The notes below the pieces were generated by a model. The model was not told the origin of the DNA. It was given only the letters and a program-made list of their open reading frames with translations, and searched no databases. 64,000 nucleotides of DNA, from NCBI RefSeq assembly GCF_004010195.1, contig NC_057720.1:17828964-17892963 (forward strand), given 5' to 3'. This document shows, in pieces, positions 12,410 through 26,215 of the stretch (position 1 is the stretch's first letter; the number at the start of each line of letters is the position of its first letter). Both the position numbers and the translations under genes were made by a program. The DNA comes from Chiloscyllium plagiosum (Eukaryota).

Positions 12410-14035
12410 GAATTGAAAAAATTCATCAATTTTGCTTTGTTTCCATTCTGCCCTCACTGTCAGTTGGTCCATCTCTGACTCCTTCCTTCCATTCCTTGAC
12501 ATCTGGGTTTCACTTTCAGGGTATGGGCTCACCACCAGTATACACTGCAAACCCATAGACTCCCACGTTACCTTGATTATATATACTCACACCTTGCTTT
12601 CTGTAAGGACTCCATCCCATTCTCCCAATTTCTCCATCTATGTCGCATCTGTTCTGACAATGCTACCTTCTGCAGGGGGTCCTCCAAAAAGTGTACCTTT
12701 TTCCTCAATTGAGGATTCCCACTTCTGTGGTTGTCAGGGCCCTTATCCAATCTGTCGCCTGCACTTCTGCCCTCACCCCTTCCCTACCAAAACAATAATA
12801 GAGCCCCTCTGGTCTTCACTTACAACCCCACTAACTTCCACATCCAAAGACTTGTAAGCTGCCATTTCCGTCAGCTCCAGTGGGATGCCATCACCAGACA
12901 CATTCGCCTCCCCTCCTCTTGTCAGCATTCTGCAGGGACAGTTTCCTCCAGAACACACACTGGCACATTCTTCCTCCATTCCCAACACCTCCCACCCCCT
13001 ACAACACCTTCCCATGTAAAAGGTTCTTTTTCGGAATGGCAGCTGGTGACAAGTGGGGTCCTACAGAGTTGTGTTGGGGCCGCAGCTGTTCACTTGATTT
13101 ATTAATGATCTGGATGAAGGGACTGGGGGCATTCTGGTGAAGTTCGCCAATGATACAAAGTTAGGCGGACAGGCAAGTAGTTCTGAGGTGGTGGGGAGGT
13201 CGCAGAAAGATTTTAGACAGTTTTTAGCAGAGTGGTCAAAGAAATAGCTGATGAAATTCAATAAGAGCAAATGTGAGGTCTTGCACTTTGGGGGAAAAAA
13301 AGAATACTGGCATGGACTATTTTCTAGACTATTTCCTAACATATGATGAACAGCTGAGGATCCTGGGATTGTATTCGTTAGAGTTTAGAAGGTTGAGGGG
13401 TGATCTAATAGAAACTTACAAGAAATGCATGGCTTAGAAAGGGTGGACGCTGAGAATTTGTTTCTGTCAGGTAGGGATTCTAGGACCCACGAATCAGCCT
13501 TCGAATCAGAGGGGGTCAATTTAAAACTGAAATGAGGAGCCACTTCTTCAGCCAGAGTGGTGAACCTGTGGAATTAATTCCCACTGAGCGCAGTGGAGGC
13601 TGGACGTTAAACGTCTTCAAGGCAGAGATTGATAAATTCTTGATCTCGCAAGGAATTAAGGGATACGGGGAGAGTGAGGGTAAGTGGCTTTGAAATGGTC
13701 ATCAGCCATGATTGAATAGCAGAGTGGACTCGATGGGCCGAATGGCCTTCCTTCCACTCCTATGTCTTATGGTCTTATTCGACCTTTATTTTCTGCTGGT
13801 TTGCTATCCATAATCTCCTTGTTTGTTTCTTTGGGCTCTGTCTCCTCCTATTTGGTCTCCCACCATCCCTAACTCCCAATGCCACAACACATTCCCCATG
13901 CCAAATCAGCTTCAGCATAAACACCACTTTTTCTAGCTACTAACCGTTCTGATGATGAGTCACTGGACTCAAAATGGTAATTTTGCTTTCTTCCTGCAAA
14001 TGCTGCCAGAGCTGCTGAGTTTCTCTAGCAATTTC
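12410..14035 (+). mobile_element. PLE family C copy (RT end to terminal repeat) split by a CR1 insert
   Basis: ORF 12432.. ISDSFLPFLDIWVSLSGYGLTTSIHCKPIDSH; ORF 12731.. PLVFTYNPTNFHIQR; decayed hammerhead ctgatga tgagtc actg gactc aaaa near 13949-13975. Confidence 0.8.
13017..13778 (+). mobile_element. CR1 LINE, 5'-truncated with internal deletion
   Basis: KGSFSEWQLVTSGV, aagttcgccaatgatacaaag (KFADDTK-like), tail tatgtcttatggtcttat. Confidence 0.88.
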
Positions 14036-14455
14036 ACCAGGATGTTGCCTGGGATGGAGCAGTTTCACTGTGAAGTGAGACTGGATAAGCTTGAGTTGTT
14101 TTTCTTTTAGAGCAGAAAAGGCTGAGAGTGGACCTGATTGAGATGTATAAGATTGAGGGATATGGGCACGCTGGATAGAAAACAGCTGTTTCCCTGAGTT
14201 AAATGGTAAACAACGAGGAGGTATGATTTTTAAGGTGAAAGGCTGGAGTTATAGAAAAGATTTGAGGCAATCGTTTTCCAGAGTGTGATGAGAATCTGGA
14301 ATGAAAGGGTAGTTGAGACAGGAAATCTCAACTTAGATGAGCACTTAAAATATCATGTTCAAGGCACTGGGCTACATGCTGAAAAGTGAGATTGCTATAG
14401 ATTTTCAGTGTAGACGCGATGGGCTAAAGGCCCTCTTCGATATTGTATAATTCTC
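14035..14455 (+). mobile_element. CR1 3' end
   Basis: ttcaccaggatgttgcctggga (FTRMLPG), then a CR1-like 3' UTR. Confidence 0.75.
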
Positions 14456-15449
14456 TACAGGGTAGACTTCCACATATGCACCAATGATAACCTGACTTGC
14501 CTCAACCACCTCCTGACCTTACCATTGTCTCCAGAGGCCAACTTATCATGTACAAGAACAAAGTAGACTTGAATAAAAGTACTTTTATTTCGAAAGGAAC
14601 ATAATTCACAAGAGAACAGAGACAAGTACTGTGCATTATTAAAGACAATAAAAGCTCCTATTAGAGCAGCTATAAGGTCAGTGGAGTTGGTAATGCACAA
14701 CTGTGATAAAAGCTCTTGCAACAATTTTAGGAGTCAGAAGGCTATTAAAGATTGCAGTAGGGCCATTGAAGGATTTGGACAGATTTTGAATGGACCTTGC
14801 AGTAGAAGTCATTGATTATTTCTTTGCATTAATCTTAAGTTCTCTCAATGCTCAGTTGCTGCAAGTAAAAATTGAGAAATTTAAAATTGGTGATACTGTT
14901 TAGGGATGCTGCAGCTGCTAGATAAATATCTGAGGAGTGGGGCTTCGACCGAGTTCAGTCCAAGCAGCGACAGGAGGAACAGAGCAAAGGAGAGTTAACC
15001 TGGGGGTGAACAGCAGCCGGAGCAGGGTGAGTCAGAGTGAATGTGGAGCTGAATCTGGGGGTAGAACTCCAGAAATGAAGTCATGATTCAAAAAGCGACA
15101 TAGTCTTGGTTGCTCAGGAAACAAGCTTGCAGTCTGAGTGATTAGGGCCGGAAGAGAGAGAAAGTACTTGATTTTTATAGTTGCTAGGAAATAGTGCATG
15201 GGAGTGAGAGACTGCATTTGGTGATGAGTGGATAAGGTTATATAATTTCCTGGATTATCGTCTGTCATCAATAAGGTTGATTTAGTTGATAAAGTTCACA
15301 ATGACAGGAGAACTTGGGCATGTGGAATGCTCCTCCTATAATGTGTAGGAAATCAGAGATACTTCCAGTGTCCATGGTGACTATGTATGCCTATAAATCC
15401 TGATTTTGCCAGAGAGTGCACCTGGAGTTGAGAATGGATTCACTATGTA

Positions 15450-16563
15450 TTTCCCTCCCCATTGCTTTCCGCAAAGACCGTTCCCTCAGTGACTACCTGG
15501 TCAGGTTCACTCCACNNNNNNNNNNNNNNNNNNACAAACCACCCTCTCGTCCTGGCACCAGGAATTGCAAAACCTGTACCCACACCACCTCCCTCACTTC
15601 CATCCAAGGCACCAAAGGAGTCTTCCACATCCATCAAAGTTTCACCTGCACATCCACCAATGTTATTTATTGTATCCGTTGCTACCGATGCCGTCTCCTC
15701 TTTAGGGAGAACAGACGCCTCCTCGCAGAGCGCTTTAGGGAACATCTCTGGGACATCTGCACCAATCAACCACACTGCCCTGTGGCCCAACATTTCAACT
15801 CCCCCCTCCCACTCTGCTGAGGATGTGCAGGTCCTGAGCCGCATCCACCGCTGCTCCCTCACCACCTGACACCTGGAGGAAGAATGCCTCATCTTCTGCC
15901 TCGGAACACTTCAACCCCAGGGCATCAATGTAGACTTCACCAGTTTCCTCACTTCCCCTCCCCCGCACCTTACCCCAGTTCCTAACTTCCAGCTCAGCAT
16001 TGTCCTCATGACCTGTCCTACCTGCCAATCTCCCTTCCCACCTGGGAAGGGAAATTGGCAGGTAGGACAGGTCATGAGGACAATGCTGAACTGGAAGGTT
16101 GGAACTGAGGTAAAGTGGGGGGAAGGGAAATGAGGAAACTGGTGAAGTCCACATTGATGCCCTGGGGTTGAAGTGTTCTAAGGTAGAAGGTAAGGCGTTA
16201 TTCCTCCAGGCGTTGGGTGGTGAGGGAGCGGCAGTGGAGGAGGCCCAGGACCTGCATGTCCCAGTTCCAACCTTCCAGCTCAGCACCATTCCCATGACCT
16301 GTCCTACCTGCCAATCTCCCTTCCCACCTATCCACTCCACCCTCCCCTGTGACCTATCACCTCCATCTCCACCCCATTCACCTATTGTACTTTTTACTAC
16401 CTTCTCCCCAGCCCCAGCCCACCCCGCCCCATTTATCTCTCCACCCTGGAGGTTCCCTGCCTCCATTCCTGATGAAGGGTTTTTGCCTGAAACGTCGATT
16501 TTCCTGCTCCTCAGATGCTGCCTGACCTGCTGTGCTTTTCCAGCACCACACTAATCTAGACTC
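15450..16563 (+). mobile_element. PLE family A 3' portion with internal inversion and 10-bp TSD
   Basis: RNCKTC..FTCTSTNVIYCIRC..RLLAERFREHL (Cys motif plus GIY-YIG); TSD TCACTATGTA at 15440-15449 and 16564-16573. Confidence 0.9.
16464..16500 (+). ncRNA. Hammerhead motif, PLE family A
   Basis: CTGATGA 16469-16475, A-GGGT tttt GCCT, GAAAC-GTC 16489-16496. Confidence 0.7.
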
Positions 16564-17959
16564 TCACTATGTAGCATCCATGTGGCTGAGAATGTCGTGG
16601 ATAGCACATTTAGCAATCTGCTCTCATCACCAATAAGGGCTACACAGACAGAAAAGTTGGGTGATCACCAGGAAGACCACCATAGGCAGGCAGTGGAAAA
16701 ATATGGACTTATTAATGATAGGCAACATGGCCTTGAAAGGGAAATATCCTGTCTCTCAAGCTTGATTTGATTTCTTAAAGGAAATGACAAATGACTGATG
16801 AGGGCTAGTCTGTAGATGTTGTCTGTATGGACTTTAGCAAGGTCTTTGATAAGATCCCTTATGGTCGGCTATTAGAAAAAGTGAAGTGACATTGAATCTG
16901 TGGTAAGATGAAAACAAAACTGGCTTAGCCATTGAGGGGTGAGTAACCGTGGAAGGGTGTTTTCTGACTGGAGATCTGTGACCAGTGACAGGGATTCCTG
17001 CTGTTTGAAATATATTTAAATGATCTGGAGAAGAATGAATGTGGCATGATTAAGTGGCATGATTAAGTTTGCAGGGCACGCAAAGATTGGGGGAGCTCTG
17101 GATTGTGAGGAGGATTGCCAGAGGATATAGCAGGATTTAGATAAGCATGGACACATGGGTAAAGTGGCAGATGGAGTTTAAGCTGGACAGTTGAGGTGCT
17201 GCATATTCAAAGGTTTAATATAGGAGGGAAGTCTACAGTGTGACAGAACCCTTAGAAGCATTAACATACAGAAGGTTCTGGTTGTAGAGTCCACAGTTCC
17301 CTGAAAGTGGCATCATAAGGGGTAAGGTGGTCAACAAGGCATATGGCATGCTTCCGTTCTTTGATCAAGACATAAAGTATAAAAATCAGCAAGTCATATT
17401 GCAGCTGTTAGGCTATGTTTGGAATATTGTGGATAGTTCTATTTGCCACACTCCCAGAAGAATGTGGCAGTTTGAAGAAGGGACTGAAATGGTTTACCAG
17501 GATTTTGCCTGGTTTGGACAGTATTAGGTGAGATTAGACAAAATTGGTTTGTTTCCATTTGAACATCGGAGGATGAGGGACGACCTGATAGAAGTTTACA
17601 TTATGCAAGGCATGCATTGGGAAGACTTCAATTATCCATTCAATGTAGAAATGTCAATTGCTAAGGGACGTAGATTCATGGTAATGGGGTGAAAGTTTAA
17701 AGGAGATGCGAGAGGAAAGTTCTTTACACCGAGGATAGTAAGTGCTTGGAATATGCTGCCAGAGGAGGTCGTGGAGGTGGATGCAATAACAATGTTTAAG
17801 AAGCATTTTGACAGGTAATGAATAGGCAGGGAATAGAGATGTAGAACACTTGGAGGCAAAATGTTTTTAGTTTAGAAAGGCATTGTGTGTCAGCGCAGAC
17901 TTGTTGGGCTAGAAACCCTGTTCATGAAAGGCATAGATAAGATGAATAGCAAGGGTCTT

Positions 17960-18400
17960 AAAACAACTGAGATGTTGGTTGGGCCAGTGTTTCATTGTCC
18001 ATCCCTTTTTAAGGTGGTGCAAAGTGATTTCTTGAACTGCTCCTGTCCATGCGATGTATTTATTTCTACAATGTTGTTACGGAGGAAGTTCCGAGGTTTC
18101 GACCAAGCAACACTGATACTACCGGATTATATTTCAAAATCAGGATGGCGAATGGCTGGACGGAAACTTTACTGTTGGGGTGTTCCCATGTACCTAGATT
18201 CTCTGGTCCTTCTAAATGGTAGTAATCACGGCTTTGAAAGGTGCTGCCTAAAATACCTTGGTGAGTTTTTGCAGTGCATCATGTGGATACCAGCGTGTGA
18301 TGGAATACTTCTAAATTGCCTGGATCAGTGCAGCACCTAAAACGCTCAAAGTATGACACAATCCAGGACAAAACAGCCAGTTTGATTGACATAACATGCC
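17960..18400. mobile_element. Fragments of the second LINE family
   Basis: Similar to 35630-36020 (atttcaaaatcaggatgg; ggtgctgcctaaa..ggtgagtttttgcagtgcatc). Confidence 0.6.
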
Positions 18401-21400
18401 CTTTAAATTGGTGCAGCATACAGCAGAATGATAACTAGGTGCCAAATTGCAAAGTTGAATTATATGAACTACATTCTCTGGAAATTAGAAAATTTAATCT
18501 AAATTTTCAGAGGATTAGGGAGAGTTGATTGGAAATGGAAATATTTTCTGCCTGTTGGGAATTAAGAACTTGGATGCATAATCTAAAAGTTAGAATCTGG
18601 CTTTCCTCAGCAGGGCCAGGAAGCACTTCTATACACTAAGTGTAATAGAAAATTGGCAATGTCTTCTATTTTAATGCTCGTTAATTCCTAATCTTAAAAC
18701 TGATTTTTATTAGCCAATAGGTTTGAAAGGATATAGGACAAAGTGTGTATGTGTGGCGCTGGGTAACAAATCAACCAAGATGTTATTGAATAGTGGAACA
18801 GACTAAAGGGAATTAATTGGCTATCCATATCCCAATGCTGTCCCACCTTGTTTGTTTGATGTCTTTGACGACTTGTCTCTAGATCAGCTGGTCATGCACT
18901 TTTTTAAAAAAAGCAAATTGAATTTAATGCTCACTGGAAGAGCACAGTCAGAAAGCAGACATATGACCCTTGAGTGGATGGTGGGAACTTCAGTACATGT
19001 TTGAAGAGAAAGAGGGTTCAGATTTGATGTACAAAATGGGTTTTGGAAGGGTATTGAAATACATAGGTAGAGAGATGCATTAGGCAAAACTTGTGGAACT
19101 TATTCAAGCAGATAGTATAATGAAATTAAATTACAATATATTAAGCAGCAATAAAATGTTCATAATTTAGTTTTTTTTTAAAAGAACTCTTTGTGCAGTG
19201 AAGATGCCTGCATATTATCAACCAATAGTTGCCATTAGTCTTTTTCTATAGTGTATTTACTGTGCTATCCTCGTCAGACCTATTATCCACTTAACTGCCT
19301 GTTCAGTTTTAGTTTCAAGGATTAACCTTCGTCCAGCTGCTGAGAGAAACTGCATGTGTTTACATCGCTAAACATTGTTCATTTGATTATTGCTAGAGAA
19401 AGTATTAAAAGTATAATCAATTTTATGAATATTATCTCTGTCAAAGTTTGCACAGGTGAGCATTTTTTCACAGACTTGATAAAGTTTATCATTTACTGCA
19501 GTTGATTATCACCTGTCAGGGTATTGTGGTCAGCTCTGAAAATATGTCACTACCCACTACAGTGGCAAATGGACATGTATATTTGTGAACTTGGAAATCG
19601 GAAGTGGAAGAAAAAAATTAGTTTGGTTGTTTGATTACATTTAATGAATGTTTTGTATATTTGAAAACTTTGTTCATTTTTTTCTTTGAAACATTTATAT
19701 TTTTCTTTAACATACTTTCTTTTCAAAAATTGAACTGATATGAGTGCGAGTTTACTCAGTATACAATAAACCTATAGGCAAATGACCTGTTAATGGAAAT
19801 ATTAAAAGAAGAATTGAAATAAGTATTTGAGAATGGAGGCTAAATAACATCTGTGTTCTTGGTCTATAATTTCACTTTATCTGAAGACTGCATTTTGTCT
19901 TGATTTTCAATGCTCAGTGCCATTCAGATGGAATGCATCTTTTTAGAATTATAATTGTTTTAATAATCTGGGTTAGAAATAAATGCAGTAATACAGGAAG
20001 TGAAATAATTCAAAGATTTTTAATCTTATTAGAGTTAGACCTAACTTCATCAGTAAGCCTGTGTTGACTTTTTCTATTTTGGAGAAGTTCCCAATAAAAG
20101 GAAGAGGGGGATCCCTCATTGAATTTGTTGTAAAAGGCAACATCTCATTGCAGAGATGGGTAGAAAGACAAAGATACCTATGGAACAGCCATAAATCATG
20201 AACGGTTTTGTCAAGTAGGTCATTAAAATCCTCAGTTCAATGTTTGCACACAAGGCAAATAAAATTTAGGATCTAAAGCTATAGATGGCTAATAGGTCAT
20301 TGGTGATGCTGAAATTGTATCAGACCATATTGAGATCCCATATTGAGCACTGTGTTTAGTTTTTGGGCCCTTTACACAAAGTACATGTACTGATTGCAAG
20401 GAGTCCAGAACAAGGAAGTTGCTCACTTATTTAGAGGGCTCAAAAGGATAGGTAAGAGTTGGCTTGATTGAGGTCTTTTAAGAGGTCTGGAGATTTTGGG
20501 TCCTGGAAATCTCTTCTGTCAGGCACAAAATCTAAGACTAGTAGACCATTGAAATTGCTTGATTGTTTTGAGAGTCATGTAATTGTTTGAAAGATTGCCG
20601 GGACAATGAAATACCAGAACAAATATCTTAAAAAGAACAGCTGAACTATTATTGTGCCTATAATAAAAACCTAATGGAAAATTGGGAAAGACCAGTCCGA
20701 TAACCATTTTAAAGCAAAGGACTACTGGAGATTGTTTTTATTTCCAAAGTGCTGGAAGAACTTGACAGGCCTGGCTGCATTTGTGAAGAGAGAAACAAAA
20801 TTTCAGATGGAGTTATATTGCCTTCCAATCAAACACGAGTTGCTAAGGAGCTAGATGAAAAAAAAATTAATCCTGCTTGGCCCCTTCATGTTATTCACCA
20901 CTTAAGTAAGCTGTCATCCATCTGTGTTTGAAAATCAGGATTGAAGTAACTTGATTTCTCGTGATACAGTATTACCATGATAATTTATAAGATTTTGAAA
21001 AGCGCTCAAGTTACAAGTCTCAATGCATGGAAGTAGTAGCTCTGGAATAAAATTGAGAAAGCTACCTACTCGGAGGCAGTATGGCCCATAACCTGTAGTT
21101 TTGAAGTCATAATCTGTCACTCTTGATTTTGATTAGGATTCTGTGGTATTTTTTTAATGTGTATCTTGGATGTTTCCATTCTAAGCTCTTATTGACCAAT
21201 TTGGCATCACAAACTTCTGTTTTGTCAGCTTTAAATAATATCTTTGAGAATTATATTTTGCCATGCATGTCTGATTTTTGTTTATTATTGCAATGTGCTT
21301 GTTTAATATTAAACTAGTATTATTTTCATTTCATTATTCTCAATTTCTAGAGTTGCAGATTTTCTACAGTGTAATGTTTGTGTTTTTGTCCAAACGGTGC

Positions 21401-21459
21401 ATCCAACGTGAAAGCCACATTTCTGCAAAGTGTTTTTTTTTATGAAAAGAGGGTAACTA

Positions 21460-22770
21460 TACGCAAACTAGCCTAACATCTATTGTTGGAAAGGTGTTGA
21501 AGTCAATCATTAAGGAAGTAATAGCAGAACATTATATAAGTAATAGCAGAAAATCTTAATCTAATCAAGCACAGGCAGCATAACTTCATGAATTGGAATC
21601 TTGTCTGACTAATTTATTAGAGATTTTTGAGGAAGTCTCAACCAGTGTGGGTAGAGGGCAACCAGTTGTATTTGTCTTATTTGGACCTCGCAGAAAAATT
21701 TGATAACGTACATTACAAAAGGTCAAGTCATAATGAGTCTAAAGTGTTGGAGGTGGTACGTTGTCATGGATAGGGAATTGGCTAATAAGCAGTGAACAGC
21801 AACTGAGGATAAGGGGTTCTTTTCCATGTTGGTGACTTGTAACCAGTGGGTTCCACTGGGGTCAGTTCTGGGACTGCAACTGTTCACAATTTTTATTAAT
21901 GACTTGGAGAAAGGATGTGAATGTATTGTAGCAAAATTTGCAAATGTCACAAAAGCAGGTAGAAAGGCAGGTTGTGAAGACGATCCATATAGTTTGCAGA
22001 GAGAGATTATAGGTTAAGCAAGTGGGCAAAAAATTTGGAAAATGGAGAATAATGTGGGAAAATGTGAAGTTGTTCATTTTGGTTGGGAGAACAAAAAAAT
22101 AAAATATTAGTTAAATGGAGATAAACTGCAGGAATTTGCATCACAAAGAAACTTGGGAGGGTTCTTCTTGAAACACAGGAAACTAACACAAGTGCAGCAG
22201 GTAATCAGGAATGCTGATGGAATGTTAGCCCTTGTTCCAAGGGGTTTGGAGTTTGAGTCTTATTGCAACTGTACAAGATGCTGCTGGTAAGACCACATCT
22301 GGAGCAGTGAGTAGTTTTAGTCCCCTTATTTTAAGAACAGATATCATTTCATTGGGTAGGTCAGAGAAGATCCACCAAGATGATCTCTGGTACAGAGGGG
22401 TTGTCTTATGACTGTCTTCAAGGCTAAATACGTTTAGACTCTACTCACTGGAGTTTAGAAAGATGAGAGGTGATCTCTTGAAACACAGGACTCTTAAGGG
22501 GTTGACAGGATACATACTGAGAGGACGTTTCCACCATGTGAGAATCTAGGACCAGAGGGCAGAGCCTTAGAATAAACGGGTGAAGGGTTGTGAATCTTTC
22601 AAACTCTTTGCCGCAGAGTCCTTGTGTATATTTAAGACTGAGATACATTCTTAATGAGTTATGGGAAAAAACAGGAAAGTGGGTGAGAGAAATGTTAGAT
22701 CAATCATCTTATTGAATGGCTGAACAGGCTCCAAGGCCGAATGGCAGACTCCTGTTCCTATTTCTTATGA
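21460..22770 (+). mobile_element. CR1 RT to 3' UTR, decayed
   Basis: ORF 21826.. WVPLGSVLGLQLFTIFINDL..VAKFANVTK; tail cctgttcctatttcttatga. Confidence 0.85.
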
Positions 22771-23689
22771 TATACTAATACAGTTTATAATGGAACGTAA
22801 GTCACTAAGAATAGAAGTAATTAATTCCTTGCTAGTAAGTTTGGTTTTTTACATTGACTTTTTATGAGCCTTGGTTATTAGTGAGTTCGACAATCCAATG
22901 TCTGCAAAATATTTGCACTTCCTTATCTATGATGGTTGGCAGCTGACAATCAGACGCACAGCTTTTATTAATCGGGAAAACAGAGCCAGCTGCAGAAAGT
23001 ACTTCTTAGTTTAGCTATAATCAGATTTTGTGCCTTAATTTAACCATAATAAATCAAACTTATTTGCATACTGTATTATGGAGAGTTTGGTATCAGTACA
23101 AAGATTAGAAAAGATTGGTCTCATGAAATGTGAGATGCAAAATATATGCCAAGTTATTTTTGAAAAACATATTTTTGTTTGGATGTTATTACAACATACA
23201 TTAGCTGAATCATTTTGCATTAAGTTGTCAGATGAATGTTTTAAATCATAGTCTAAATGTTTGTCTACGTACAAATTGTACTCGTTTTACAAAGTTAATT
23301 TTTTGCTCAAACTCATTTACATAGCATTGAAAATAAAATGTTCTCCAGACCAATGTGTTCAGGTGGCTGTTTAGAATGTAAGTTGTTTTCAAATTTAGAT
23401 TTAAAAGATTCTGTGATTTGATTTTAAGATTGGCAACATGTGCCATTTTTATTAATACTCTTGAGAATCGGTGTATCACAAAAATGAGTATTTTAGTATC
23501 TGGTTCACCACATCTTGATATCCAGATTTTAAATGAGCTTTTTTCTTAATGGAAAAACTAGAGAGAGCATTTACGATCTATGTTGATGGACAGTAGTCAG
23601 TTCCTTGGTAAATTTAGAAAAGGATTTAAAAAGCTTTTAAAAATCACCTTATAATATTTTTGGGTACAAATTAATTTTAAGAGTCACAT

Positions 23690-25185
23690 CAAAGGCCATA
23701 AGGATTATTCAGCCCATCGAGTCTGTATCACCATTCAATGAGATCATGGCTGATCTGATAATCCTCAACTCAACCTTCCTGCCTTTTCCTCATAACCCTT
23801 AATTCCTTTCCTGATCAATTATATTCAATATAGGCAGATTTTGAATGATCCAGTCTCAACAGTCCCCGCTATACAGAATTCCACAGATTCACTGCTCTCT
23901 GAAAGAAGAAATTCTTCCTCCTCTGTCTTAAATGAGTGATCCCTTATTCTGTGGTCATGCCTTCTATCTTAGACTCTTCCACAAGGGGAAAGAACCTTTC
24001 TGCATCTACCCTAACACCTTCGCTAACAGTCTTGTATTTTTCACTAAAGTTGCCTCTGGTTCTTCTGTATTCCAAATTACTCAACCTTTCCTCATAAGAC
24101 AGCCCTTCTAGCCTAGTGAATTTCTCTGGACTGCCTTCAGTGCCAGTATATCTCCCCTTAAATAAGGGACTTAAAACTGTTGCATCTGTGGTTTGACGAG
24201 TGCCTTATGTAGTTTTAGTAAAATCTCCCTATTTTTATACTCTGTGTTCCTTTTGAAATAAAGGTCAACATGCCATTTATCTTCCCTATTACCTACCAAA
24301 TTTGGATACTAGCTTTTTGCGAATCATCGGCAACAAATCCCAAAACCCTTTTTTTGGTTAATAGTTTTCTGCAGTCTGTCTTAATTTGAATAGTATTTAG
24401 CTCCTCTATTCTTCCTGCCAAAATGCAAAAGCTCACTTTCACACATTATATTCTATTTACCAAATTTTACATTCTAATTTAATCTGTGTGTATCCCGGTG
24501 CAGAGTTTTTGTGTCTTCCTTACTACTGGCCTTGCCATTTATTTTTGTGTCTTCTGTGGTTCTTCATCCAAATCGTTAACATTTATTGTAAATAATTGTA
24601 GTGCCAGCACTGATCCCTGTGACATTCCACTACTCCCCTTCTTCTAAGTTTGTCTTCTATTAATTAGCCAGTCTTTTATCTTTGCTAATATACTACAGGT
24701 AGTTCTTCTATACCGCAATGGTTGGGTTCTTATGTAATCCTGCATTATAGAAAAATCACACTTTAGAAGCAGTGTTCAAAGTGTTGGTGATGTAATTGCA
24801 TTACAGCCAACACATTTTAAAAGCTAACGCTTTAGAAATTGTGTCCCCAATTCATCAACTGAGTTACAGCGAAATCATGTTAACAAAATGAGTGTTACAG
24901 CAGAATAGCCTGTACCTCCAACACTGTGGGCACTTATCTTAAGTACCTAATTTGTGATACCTTATCAAACCTAAAAATCCAAACCTATCCACTGCTTCCT
25001 CTATCTGTCCTGTTTGTTACCTCCTAATTTTAGTAAATTTGTCATCCATGATGTCCTATACATGAAGTCATGCTGACTCTGCTTCATTACGTGTTGTACT
25101 TCTGAATGTTGTGCTATTACATGCTTCATAATAGACTCAAACATATTCCCGATAACAGATGTAAACTGGCCTACCAGATTGTTTG
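23690..25185 (-). mobile_element. CR1 RT to 3' UTR, decayed, containing a MITE
   Basis: ORF 25001..25222 TSVIGNMFESIMK..KQSQHDFM..TNLL; tail ttcagcccatcgagtctg. Confidence 0.82.
24696..24912. mobile_element. Tigger/pogo-type MITE, 217 bp
   Basis: TA|caggtagttcttctatac ... gttacagcagaatagcctg|TA; TA at 24694-24695 and 24913-24914; CR1 is continuous across the insert. Confidence 0.8.
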
Positions 25186-25225
25186 TGTTTGTTTGTTTGT
25201 CTGTCTGTCCCTTTTCAAACAAAGA

Positions 25226-25408
25226 TGTTTAGATTTGGTTAGATTAGATTCTCCAGTGTGGAAACACAGGCCCTTCCAGTGTGGAAACAAGTCCACACCA
25301 ACCCTCCGAAGAGTAATCCACCCATACCCATTTCCCTCTGACTAATGCACCTAACACTATGGGAAATTTAGCATGGCCAAATCAGCTGACCTGCACATCT
25401 TTTGGACT
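25226..25408 (-). mobile_element. HE1-type SINE 3' fragment
   Basis: ttagattagattc..ggaaacacaggccc..gacctgcacatcttttggact. Confidence 0.75.
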
Positions 25409-25899
25409 AGATTAGCAGCTTTTGTGATGTGCCATAAAGAAGCAAACTCTATTTACGTGGCATAATCTCCTTGAAATTTGTCAGTCTTTTGTGTTCGTTT
25501 GATTTGTTTTTGGCCAAATTCTACTGAAAATGCAGGAAACTCCAGGTAAATGTTTACTGCTGAGAATTTGGGGAAGCCATATCATTTATGAAAATTCATC
25601 AAGTAGAATTGTGCAGCAGCAAAATACACCTCTGCTCCTCCAGGTCATTGGCAGTGTTTCTTTAAAGTACACCATTTCTAATTGACAGGAATTTTATTAT
25701 AGTGTTACATTTTTGAATCTTTTGCCATTTTGCACAAAATAATTAGAGCTAAATTAGTTACACATAATGTATTCATGCAGGTTATATTGGTAAAAATGCT
25801 AACACGGTGAAATTACTGCGATCATACCAGCAGAGAGAAGGCTTTCCTAAAAGGACTGAATAGGGTTGGGGCTCATTTCTGTAGAAAAGTGAAGTATAA

Positions 25900-26215
25900 T
25901 TTGATAGCCCTTTAAAACCATGTTCTTTACCAATCCCAACACCCCAGGTCCTATCATGACAGTGTGCTTTCAGCATAGCCATCCCATTATCAGCTTTTAT
26001 CGACCATCTCCTTGCCTAACTTTCTTTCTCTGTTTCTCTCTTTGGGCTCCACTTCCACCTTTCTATCTCTATCTCTATCCTGGCGTTTCCTAACTGTTGT
26101 CAGTTAGGAAGAAGGGTTACGTCACTGCTTTCTCTCCACAGATGCTGCCAGAACTGCTGGGTTTCTCCAGTGATTTGTTTCTGATTCCGATCCTCAAAAT
26201 CTGCAGTTTTTTTAA
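25900..26215 (+). mobile_element. PLE family C 3' remnant
   Basis: tctctccacagatgctgccagaactgctgggtttctccag terminal repeat. Confidence 0.6.

Larger units (their letters stand above)
14930..17915 (+). mobile_element. Decayed CR1: 5' UTR and ORF1 Zn-finger start, then RT, with a PLE inserted at 15450-16563
   Basis: gtggaatgctcctcc...gactatgtatgc (VECSS..DYxC); ORF1 resumes after the TSD; RT remnants at 16690-17915 (MVNKAYGML...). Confidence 0.7.

Noticed and set aside
15795..16466. 223-aa minus-strand ORF (also 34984..35661)
   Set aside because: Read-through of fold-back PLE arms; chimeric, not a gene
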